From positions 128,001 to 192,000 of the forward strand of contig CAVVYR010000029.1 in assembly GCA_963752475.1 (NCBI GenBank): a DNA stretch of 64,000 nucleotides, given 5' to 3'. The notes under the pieces are model-generated. The model had not been told where the DNA came from. It saw only the letters and a list, made by a program, of their open reading frames with translations, and ran no database searches. Below are positions 39,913 through 48,535 of the stretch, in pieces (position 1 is the stretch's first letter; each line of letters opens with the position of its first letter). A program made the translations under genes and the position numbers. The DNA is from an uncultured Chloroflexia bacterium (GTDB lineage Bacteria > Chloroflexota > Limnocylindria > Limnocylindrales > CSP1-4).

Positions 39913-41106
39913 CTAGGCGACGAGCGTCTGGCTGACGAGACCCACGGCCGCGCCGACGACGAGCAGTGGTACCGGCCCGATCCGGCCCCACAGCAGCAGG
40001 CCGAACGCGCCCCCGCCCAGGACGACGGCCAACAGGTCGACACCACGGTCGACGAGGAAGGTGTCTCGCGCGAGCAGGTAGGCGCTGATGCCGATGAGCC
40101 CGACGGCCGCGGCGTTGAGACCGTCGATGGCCGCGGAGAGGTCCTCGTTCGCGCGCATGCGCGTGAGGAACGGGTGAGCCACACCCACCAGCACGAGGGC
40201 CGGCAGGAAGATGCCTACGGTGGCCACGATCGCGCCCGGGACCCCGGCCATGAGGTAGCCCAGGAACGTGGCCGTGGTGAAGAGCGGACCCGGCGTGAGC
40301 TGCCCGATGGCGATGGCGTCGAGCAGTTCCTGCTCGGTGATGTAGCCGGGCGCCACCAGCTCCGCGCCCAGGAAAGCGACGAGTACATAGCCGCTGCCGA
40401 AGACGACGAGGCCCATCTTCAGGAACGTCCAGAAGATGCCGGCCAGGCCCAGTGTGGTCGCAGCCTCCACTGCCAGCACCGCACCGGGCCCGGCAGGAAG
40501 GACGAGCGCGGCTCCTGCACCACGGAAACGCTTGATCAGGGCAGGCCCGCGACGGACGATGAGCGCCACGAGTGCAGCCCCGATGAGGATGGCGATCGGC
40601 TGCAGGTACACCAGCGCCACCACGAACGACCCCATGCCGATGGCCCAGGTGAGCACGTCGGTGCAGGCGGTCGGGGCCAGCTTGATCATGGCGTGGGCGA
40701 TGACCGCGATGACCACCGGAGACATGCCATAGAGCAGGCTCATGACCCACGTGAGCGCGCCGAGCTCGACATAGACGATGGCGATGGCGAGGACGATGAG
40801 GCTGGCCGGGACGATGAAACCGAAGGCCGCGATGAGCAGGCCGGGCCACCGCGCCCGTTCGTAGCCGATGCCGAGCGCGACCTCCGTCGAGGACGGGCCC
40901 GGCAGCAGGCTCGAAAGCCCGAGCAGATCGACGAATCGCTCACGTGAGAGCCACCGTCTTCGCTCCACGAACTCGCGCTGCATGATCGCGATGTGGGCGG
41001 CAGGGCCACCGAACGCGGTCACACCCAGTCGGGTGAACTCGCGCGCCAGATCGCGCAGGCCTGGCTCCTCGCGCTCAGGCGGACTCGGCGGCGGCGCTGG
41101 GGGCAT
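39913..41106 (-). CDS. chrA: Chromate ion transporter (CHR family)
   Basis: GVTAFGGPAAH, LPGPSS, FGSGYVL, GQLTPGP. Confidence 0.93.
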   Translation of the reverse strand: MPPAPPPSPPEREEPGLRDLAREFTRLGVTAFGGPAAHIAIMQREFVERRRWLSRERFVDLLGLSSLLPGPSSTEVALGIGYERARWPGLLIAAFGFIVPASLIVLAIAIVYVELGALTWVMSLLYGMSPVVIAVIAHAMIKLAPTACTDVLTWAIGMGSFVVALVYLQPIAILIGAALVALIVRRGPALIKRFRGAGAALVLPAGPGAVLAVEAATTLGLAGIFWTFLKMGLVVFGSGYVLVAFLGAELVAPGYITEQELLDAIAIGQLTPGPLFTTATFLGYLMAGVPGAIVATVGIFLPALVLVGVAHPFLTRMRANEDLSAAIDGLNAAAVGLIGISAYLLARDTFLVDRGVDLLAVVLGGGAFGLLLWGRIGPVPLLVVGAAVGLVSQTLVA

Positions 41107-41146
41107 GCGGCCATGCTAGCGGGGCAGTTCGCGACCCGGACCCGTC

Positions 41147-41174
41147 TTGACAGCGTGCCCTCCGCTGCTACCCT
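41147..41174 (+). promoter_or_regulatory. Sigma70-type promoter of the microcompartment operon
   Basis: Perfect TTGACA (41147-41152), 16-nt spacer, extended TGn-TACCCT (41169-41174). Confidence 0.7.
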
Positions 41175-41176
41175 AC

Positions 41177-41209
41177 GCACATATGAGCAGTGGTTTGCAC
41201 GAATGAGCA
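41177..41209. promoter_or_regulatory. Paired operator candidate for the SorC/DeoR regulator
   Basis: GCACATATGAGCA (41177) and GCACGAATGAGCA (41197): near-palindromic and exactly 20 bp apart, directly downstream of the -10 and overlapping the start codon. Confidence 0.65.
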
Positions 41210-42156
41210 TCTCGGCCTCGGCGGGTGATACGCGCCTGATGCTTCGGGCTGCCCAGCTCTACTACCACGCGGACCTGACCCAGGACGACATCGGCAGGCG
41301 CCTGGGCGTGAGTCGCTTCAAGGTCGGCCGCCTGCTCGACCGCGCCCTGAAGGAGCAGGCGGTGCGCATCGAGATCGTCCATCCCGCCGCCCGCCTGGTA
41401 GCCCTCGAAGACGCGCTCGTCGAGCGCTTCGGGCTGACCGACGCGGTGGTCGTGGATGTCCCGGACACAGAAGATGAGCAGCTGGCCCGCGAGCGCGTGG
41501 CCGATGCCGCCGCGGATCACCTCGCCGCCATCGCCCCCACCGGCGTCATCGGCGTCTCCTGGGGCCGCACCATGATCGAGCTGGCGGCTCGGCTGCAGCC
41601 CGGCTGGACCAGCGCCGACCAGATCGTCCAGCTCAACGGCGCCATCAGCCGCTCCGCGCGGCCCACGCGCTACCAGGAGGTCGTCGAGCGCTTCGGCACC
41701 ACCACCGGTGCCGCCATCCAGTTGATGCCGGCACCCGCCATCGTGGGCACGCCGGAGCTGCGAGCGGCGTTGGAGGCCGACCCGTCGGTCGCCGTCCCGC
41801 TCAAGGCCGCGCGGAAGGCCGGCAGCGCCGTCTTCGGGATGGGCGTCATGGGCACCGACTCGGTCCACGTCACCTCGGGCTACCTCGACAAGCGCGACCA
41901 GCGCCGCCTGCAGAAGGCCGGCGCCGTGGGCGACGTGCTCGGTCGCTTCATCACCATCGACGGCCGGATCGCCCTGCCCTCGCTCGACGAGCGCACGGTC
42001 GGCCTGCCTCTCACCAAGCTCTGCGGCAAGCGCACCGTGGGCCTGGCCGCCGGTCCCGGCCGCGGCCCGGTCGCCCTCGGGGCCCTGCGTGCCGCCTGCA
42101 TGAAGACGTTCGTGACCGATGAGGCCACGGCTACATGGGTGCTCGCACATGACTGA
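41203..42156 (+). CDS. Sugar-binding transcriptional regulator (SorC/DeoR family)
   Basis: AQLYYHADLTQDDIGRRLGVSRFKVGRLL HTH; GVSWGRT; GAVGDVLGRF; FVTDE. Confidence 0.93.
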   Translation: MSISASAGDTRLMLRAAQLYYHADLTQDDIGRRLGVSRFKVGRLLDRALKEQAVRIEIVHPAARLVALEDALVERFGLTDAVVVDVPDTEDEQLARERVADAAADHLAAIAPTGVIGVSWGRTMIELAARLQPGWTSADQIVQLNGAISRSARPTRYQEVVERFGTTTGAAIQLMPAPAIVGTPELRAALEADPSVAVPLKAARKAGSAVFGMGVMGTDSVHVTSGYLDKRDQRRLQKAGAVGDVLGRFITIDGRIALPSLDERTVGLPLTKLCGKRTVGLAAGPGRGPVALGALRAACMKTFVTDEATATWVLAHD

Positions 42157-42726
42157 TCCACGCCGACCCTCGGCCGACGAGGTCCGCGCGCTCGTACAGC
42201 GCATCGTCGACCAGACGCTCGACTCGGAGCCCCCGGCCGCCCCCGCCGGCGACGGCCGGATCGCAGTGGCCATCGCCGGCGACCACGGTGGCTGGCGCAT
42301 GAAGGACGCCATCGGCAGGTGGCTCGAGGAGCACGGCTATGCCGTACGGGACTGTGGCACGGACAGCGACGACGCGGTCGACTATCCCGACTTCGCTCAG
42401 GCCGTGGCCCAGCTGGTCGCGGATGGATCGTGCACGTGGGGCATCGTCGTCGATGGCGCGGGTATCGGCTCGGCCATGGCCGCCAACAAGGTGCCCGGCG
42501 TGCGCGCCGCCAACTGCCACGACATCTCCTCGGCTCGCAACAGCCGCGAACACAACTACGCCAACGTCCTGACGCTCGGGTCCGGCTTCCTGGGCAACGC
42601 CCTGGCACTCCAGATCGTCGAGACCTGGCTGGACACCGAGTGGGGCGCGGAACGTCACGGGCGCCGCGTCGAGAAGATCAGCGCGATCGAACACTCCTAC
42701 ACCGGCAGCCCCGGGGGAAAGGACCG

Positions 42727-42730
<4 letters not shown>
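42149..42730 (+). CDS. rpiB: Ribose-5-phosphate isomerase B family with N-terminal encapsulation-peptide-like helix
   Basis: [49 protein letters not shown]. Confidence 0.92.
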
Positions 42731-43603
<873 letters not shown>

Positions 43604-43617
<14 letters not shown>

Positions 43618-44227
43618 GCTAAGGGCATATTCATTCATCGACAGCCTGCAGGCCCAGTACGCGGCCTTCCTGGGCACCGTCGCGCAGGGCTTCCTGCCCC
43701 TGGCCGGTGATGCCTCGCTGTCGATCGAGATCTCACCCGGCATCGAGATCAACCGGCTCACCGACGTGGCCCTCAAGTCGACGAACGTGAAGCCGGGCAT
43801 GCAGATCATCGAGCGCTACTACGGCATGCTCGAGATCCACTCCCCCGAGCAGTCGGAGGTGCGCGCCGCCGGCGCCGCCATCCTCGACGAGATCGGGCTC
43901 AAGGAGACCGACCGCATCAAGCCCAAGGTCGCCTCGAGCCAGATCATCCGTCGCATCGACGACCACCAGGCGCAGCTCATCAACCGCACGCGCCACGGCC
44001 AGATGCTCATCCCCGGCCAGACCCTCTACGTGCTCGAGATGGAGCCCGCGGCCTACGCCGCGCTGGCCGCCAACGAAGCAGAGAAGGCCGCGGACATCAA
44101 CGTCCTCGAGGTGCGCAACTTCGGCTCCATGGGCCGCATCTACCTCGGCGGCGAAGAGCAGGACATCGATGTCGGCTGGCGCGCGGCCCTGGCCGCGGTC
44201 GACGGCCTGGAGGGACGCGACAAGTAG
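43604..44227 (+). CDS. Bacterial microcompartment shell protein, tandem BMC-T (CcmP/CsoS1D-like dimerising type)
   Basis: [57 protein letters not shown]. Confidence 0.93.
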
Positions 44228-44290
44228 CGACCTCCGAGACCACACACGAAACCGCACTCAAGACAGGCACGAGCAAGGGAGAACGAAGGA

Positions 44291-44611
44291 ATGGCTGAAG
44301 CACTGGGAATGATCGAGGCCCGCGGGTTCACCGCCGTGGTCGAGGCCGCTGACGCGATGGTCAAGGCCGCCAAGGTGGAGCTGGTCAGCTACGAGAAGAC
44401 CGGTGGCGGCTACGTCACCGCCGTCGTGCGTGGCGACGTGGCGGCCGTGAAGGCTGCCGTCGAGGCCGGCGTGCGCAACGCCGAGAAGGTCGGCGAGGTC
44501 GTGAGCAGCCACGTCATCGCCCGCCCGCACACGAACGTGGACCTGGTCCTGCCGCTCGGTCGCCTCGACGAGGCCGAGGCCGAGTCCGGTGCCGGCACCA
44601 AGAAGAAGTAG
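44291..44611 (+). CDS. Bacterial microcompartment shell hexamer BMC-H (EutM/PduA/CcmK family)
   Basis: [38 protein letters not shown]. Confidence 0.96.
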   Translation: MAEALGMIEARGFTAVVEAADAMVKAAKVELVSYEKTGGGYVTAVVRGDVAAVKAAVEAGVRNAEKVGEVVSSHVIARPHTNVDLVLPLGRLDEAEAESGAGTKKK

Positions 44612-44669
44612 CGACCAGCGATCGGACGCCGGGCCACGGCTCGGCGTCCACACCTGACGGAGAACGCAG

Positions 44670-44957
44670 ATGTTGCTCGGACGTGTGACCGGCACGGTCG
44701 TGGCTTCCCGCAAGGAGCCGCTGACCGAAGGCTGGAAGCTCCTCGTCGTGCGCCAGCTCGACGCGGAGGACAAGGAGACCGGCGGCTACGTCGTCGCGGC
44801 CGATGCGGTCGGGGCCGGCGTGGGCGAGGTCGTGCTGTACGCGAGCGGGAGCTCCGCGCGCAACACCGAGACCACCAAGGACAAGCCCTGTGACGCGGTG
44901 ATCATGGCCATCGTCGACCAGTGGGAGATCGAGGGCCGGGAGGTCTACCGCAAGTAG
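44670..44957 (+). CDS. BMC-P vertex protein (EutN/CcmL family)
   Basis: [41 protein letters not shown]. Confidence 0.95.
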   Translation: MLLGRVTGTVVASRKEPLTEGWKLLVVRQLDAEDKETGGYVVAADAVGAGVGEVVLYASGSSARNTETTKDKPCDAVIMAIVDQWEIEGREVYRK

Positions 44958-44970
44958 CGGGACACGCAAG

Positions 44971-46425
44971 ATGGACGAACGTGAGATCGCCGAGATCATC
45001 GAGCGGGTGCAGCGCCGCCTGGCCACGGCCGACAGCTCCCACCCGGGCACCGGCCTGCAGGCCGGAGCGGAGGTAGCCAAGGCTGCCGAGGTGCAGCTGG
45101 GCGATGGCATCCACGCCACCGTCGATGACGCCGTGGCCGCCGCCACGCGAGCCTTCCGCGCCTTCGGCGACGCGGGCCTGGAGCGGCGCAGGACCGTCAT
45201 CGAGGCCGTCCGTACGTCGATGCTCAGGGCAGCCGAGCAGCTGGCACGCATGGCCCACAGCGAGACCGGTATCGGCCGCTACGACGACAAGGTCGTGAAG
45301 AACCGGCTGGTCACGACCAAGGCCCCCGGCCCCGAAGACCTCGAGGTGCTGGCGGTGAGCGGCGACAACGGCATGATGGTCACCGAGTGGGCGCCCTTCG
45401 GCATCGTCGGCGCCATCACGCCGGTGACCAACCCGACGTCCACGATCATCAACAACACCATCAGCATCGTCAGCGCCGGCAACGCGGTGGTCTTCAACGC
45501 CCACCCCTCGGCCAAGGCCTGCTCGGCTGAGACGATCCGGCTCATCAACCGCGCCATCGTGGGCGCCGGCGGGCCGCCGGACCTGGTCACGGGCGTGGCC
45601 GTCCCCACCATCGACAGCGCCCGGGCCGTGATGAACCACCCCGGCATCCGCGTGCTGCTCGTGACCGGCGGGCCCGGCGTCGTGCGCGAAGCGCTCAAGA
45701 CGGACAAGCGAGCCATCACCGCCGGTCCCGGCAACCCGCCGGCCGTGGTCGACCAGACCGCTGACATCGAGCGTGCCGGCGCGGACATCGTGCGTGGCGC
45801 GTCCTTCGACAACAACCTCGTCTGCATCGACGAGAAGGTCGTGCTGGCAGTCGATACCATCGCCGACCGGCTGCTGCGCGCGATGAGCCAGAACGGCGCC
45901 TACCTGCTCAAGGAGCACGAGCTGAAGAAGCTCGAGCGCGTCATCTTCAAGGAGCTGGGCGCGCCCAACCGGCCGGGCGTGATGAACCCCGCCTGGATCG
46001 GGAAGGACGCGTCGGCGATCCTGGCAGAGATCGGCGTGCAGGCCGAGCCCGAGCCGCGCCTGCTGGTGGCCGATGTGCCCCGCGAGCACAGCCTCGCCTG
46101 GACCGAGCAGATGATGCCGGTGCTGCCGGTAGTCCGCGTGGGCAACGTGGACTCCGCCATCGACCTGGCGGTGCGCATGGAGCACGGCTTCCGCCATACC
46201 GCTTCCATCCACTCCACCAACGTCGAGATCATCACGCGCATGGCGCGGGCCATGAACTGCTCGATCTTCGTGGCCAACGGCCCCAACCTCGGTGGCCTGG
46301 GCGCCGACGGCGAGGGCTTCACCTCCTTCTCCATCGCCTCCCCCACCGGTGACGGCCTGACCCGGCCGCGCACGTTCTCGCGCGAGCGCCGCGTGACCGT
46401 GGTCGGCGCGTTGAGGATCGTCTAG
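44971..46425 (+). CDS. CoA-acylating aldehyde dehydrogenase (EutE/PduP family) with N-terminal encapsulation peptide
   Basis: PFGIVGAITPVTNP, VTGGPGVV, AGPGNPP, FDNNLVCIDEK, EHGFRHTA, ASPTGDG. Confidence 0.94.
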   Translation: MDEREIAEIIERVQRRLATADSSHPGTGLQAGAEVAKAAEVQLGDGIHATVDDAVAAATRAFRAFGDAGLERRRTVIEAVRTSMLRAAEQLARMAHSETGIGRYDDKVVKNRLVTTKAPGPEDLEVLAVSGDNGMMVTEWAPFGIVGAITPVTNPTSTIINNTISIVSAGNAVVFNAHPSAKACSAETIRLINRAIVGAGGPPDLVTGVAVPTIDSARAVMNHPGIRVLLVTGGPGVVREALKTDKRAITAGPGNPPAVVDQTADIERAGADIVRGASFDNNLVCIDEKVVLAVDTIADRLLRAMSQNGAYLLKEHELKKLERVIFKELGAPNRPGVMNPAWIGKDASAILAEIGVQAEPEPRLLVADVPREHSLAWTEQMMPVLPVVRVGNVDSAIDLAVRMEHGFRHTASIHSTNVEIITRMARAMNCSIFVANGPNLGGLGADGEGFTSFSIASPTGDGLTRPRTFSRERRVTVVGALRIV

Positions 46426-47018
46426 TGCCGCCTGCCGCCATCGAACCCGCGCTGGGGCTGCTGGAGCTGGAGTCGATCGCCGCCGGCATCGAAGCCGGCG
46501 ACGCCATGGTCAAGCGCGCACCCGTGGAGGTGCTGCGCGCCGGGACCGTACACCCGGGCAAGTACCTCGTGCTCGTCGGTGGCGACGTGGCCGACGTGCA
46601 GGAGGCCCTCGAGGCGGGCACGGAGACCGGCGGGCTGGCCGTCCGTGACACGACCTTCCTGGCCAACATCCATCCCGATGTCGTCGAGGGCGTGCGCGGG
46701 CGCCGCCAGGTCGCACAGGACGAAGCGCTCGGGATCATCGAGACGGCCACGGTGCCGGCGATCATCCGCGCCGCTGATGCCGGCCTGAAGGGCGCACAGG
46801 TTCGGCTCCTGGAGCTCAACCTCGCCGACGACCTCGGAGGCAAGGGCTACCTGCTCTTTGACGGCTCGGTCACGGACGTGGAGGCAGCCGTCGAGATCGG
46901 CACCGCCGCGGTCGGTGAGGCGCGCGGCCTGCACGCCCGGGTCATCGCCCAGCTACACACCGAGATGGCTCATGAGCTCGCCGCCGACGGCCGCTTTGCC
47001 TCGCGGGTGGCCGAGTAG
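46425..47018 (+). CDS. Tandem BMC-T shell protein (PduT-like)
   Basis: ALGLLELESIAAGIEAGDAMVK, VHPGKYLVLVGGDVADV; ALGIIET, AADAGLK, LGGKGY. Confidence 0.93.
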   Translation: MPPAAIEPALGLLELESIAAGIEAGDAMVKRAPVEVLRAGTVHPGKYLVLVGGDVADVQEALEAGTETGGLAVRDTTFLANIHPDVVEGVRGRRQVAQDEALGIIETATVPAIIRAADAGLKGAQVRLLELNLADDLGGKGYLLFDGSVTDVEAAVEIGTAAVGEARGLHARVIAQLHTEMAHELAADGRFASRVAE

Positions 47019-47020
47019 CC

Positions 47021-47311
47021 ATGCAGCTCGCACGCGTCACCGGCACGGTCGTGGCCAGCACCAAGGTGCCCGGGCTGGAGGGCGTCAAGCTGCTCATCAT
47101 CCAGCCCCTGGACCGCTGGCAGCAGCCCAAGGGTGAGCCGGTCGTGGCCGCCGACGCGGTGCACATGGCCGGTCCCGGGGAGCTGGTCTACTTCGTAGCC
47201 TCGCGCGAGGCGGCGCAGGCACTCGAAGAGACGTTCGTGCCCGTCGACCACGCCATCGTGGGCATCGTCGACGAGGTCACCATGCTGCCGGGCGCGGAGG
47301 GCGGCACATGA
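47021..47311 (+). CDS. BMC-P vertex protein (EutN/CcmL family)
   Basis: [28 protein letters not shown]. Confidence 0.94.
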   Translation: MQLARVTGTVVASTKVPGLEGVKLLIIQPLDRWQQPKGEPVVAADAVHMAGPGELVYFVASREAAQALEETFVPVDHAIVGIVDEVTMLPGAEGGT

Positions 47312-47583
47312 AGCTTGGGAAGGTCGTGGGCAACGTCGTGTCCACCATCAACACGCCGCACTTCGAACAGCGCACGCTGCTGCTGGTCGATCTGGTGGGT
47401 CCGGACGGGGCGCCGTCGGGCGGATACCAGATCGCCGTCGACAGCATCGGCGCTGGCGCCGGCGAGACCGTCCTGTTGCTCGACGAGGGCAACGGCGCAC
47501 GCCAGGTGCTCGACGCTCCGGGCGCCCCCATCCGCACGGTCGTCATCGGCATCGTGGACGAGGTCAGCAGCGACAGCGTCTGA
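47308..47583 (+). CDS. BMC-P vertex protein (EutN/CcmL family)
   Basis: GKVVGNVVST, AVDSIGAGAGETVL, EGNGAR, VIGIVD. Confidence 0.94.
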   Translation: MKLGKVVGNVVSTINTPHFEQRTLLLVDLVGPDGAPSGGYQIAVDSIGAGAGETVLLLDEGNGARQVLDAPGAPIRTVVIGIVDEVSSDSV

Positions 47584-47642
47584 GCGCCGCGCAGGAGCGC
47601 GTCATCCGCGCGCAGCACGGTCACCGAGGCGCCGGTTCCGGC

Positions 47643-48455
47643 TCAGGCGCGACACGCAGCCGCGTAGTACAGCGGGACATCGAAACAGATGTGAACGATG
47701 ATCGGCAGCCATAGCGAACCCGTCCGACGCACGATCAGACCGGCGACAAGACCTCCCGCCATGATGGCCAGGACCACCGGAAGCATCGGTCCGGTGAAAT
47801 CCGGGCCGGTATGCGCGAGTCCGAAGACCACGGCCTGGCCGACCAGCCCGACCACGGGTCCGGCAGCGCGCGAGAGCCAGTGCATGAGCGCACCGCGGTA
47901 GGCCAGCTCCTCCATCGTCCCGTTGGCCACCGCGAGCACGAGGGCTGGCGCGATCGCCAGCGGCTGGGACAGGTCGAGCCGCATCTCGCCGAAGAACGGC
48001 TCGGCCAGGAGCGCGCCAAGGTACAGGCTGGGGATGGGGATGAGCAGGACCGCCGCGAGGCCGAGCAGGACCTCGTTCCGCGACGGCTTCCGCAGTCCGA
48101 TCTGGCTCAAGCTCGTGCGCAGATAGCGCGCCAGCCCGACCACGACCCCACACACCAGCAGCGCCGCGGCGGCGCGAAGCCAGGCTGCGGGCGAGAGCAG
48201 GTCGTCGCACTCGAGCGGCTGGACCAGGAGTCGGTCCGCGACGAAGGTGGCCCAGGCCATGACCACGGCCACGGGCAATCCGGCCGCCATCGCCCAGCGT
48301 GCGGCCGAGCGTGCCGGAGCCAGTACGACACCGAGCCCCAGTACCAGAACGAGCGGCAAGCGCAGTTCTGGCACAAGGGCCGCCAGGCCGAGCGCGCCGA
48401 CGAGGGCGATCCCGATGTTCGGTGCCGTGTTGCCGCTGTATCGAGGGCCGGTCAC
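47643..48455 (-). CDS. CPBP (CAAX/Abi) intramembrane metalloprotease
   Basis: EELAYRG, FGLAH, HICFD. Confidence 0.9.
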   Translation of the reverse strand: MTGPRYSGNTAPNIGIALVGALGLAALVPELRLPLVLVLGLGVVLAPARSAARWAMAAGLPVAVVMAWATFVADRLLVQPLECDDLLSPAAWLRAAAALLVCGVVVGLARYLRTSLSQIGLRKPSRNEVLLGLAAVLLIPIPSLYLGALLAEPFFGEMRLDLSQPLAIAPALVLAVANGTMEELAYRGALMHWLSRAAGPVVGLVGQAVVFGLAHTGPDFTGPMLPVVLAIMAGGLVAGLIVRRTGSLWLPIIVHICFDVPLYYAAACRA

Positions 48456-48535
48456 CGTGGGCCATCCTGTCGCCGGCAGCGTGCCATGAGGCCCCGCGCG
48501 GATCCCACGGTCAGGGAGCCGTCAGTGAGGCCGTA

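Noticed and set aside
47643-48455. CPBP/'Abi' protease as an anti-phage or BMC component
   Set aside because: A common membrane protease family, transcribed convergently to the BMC operon; no defence context.
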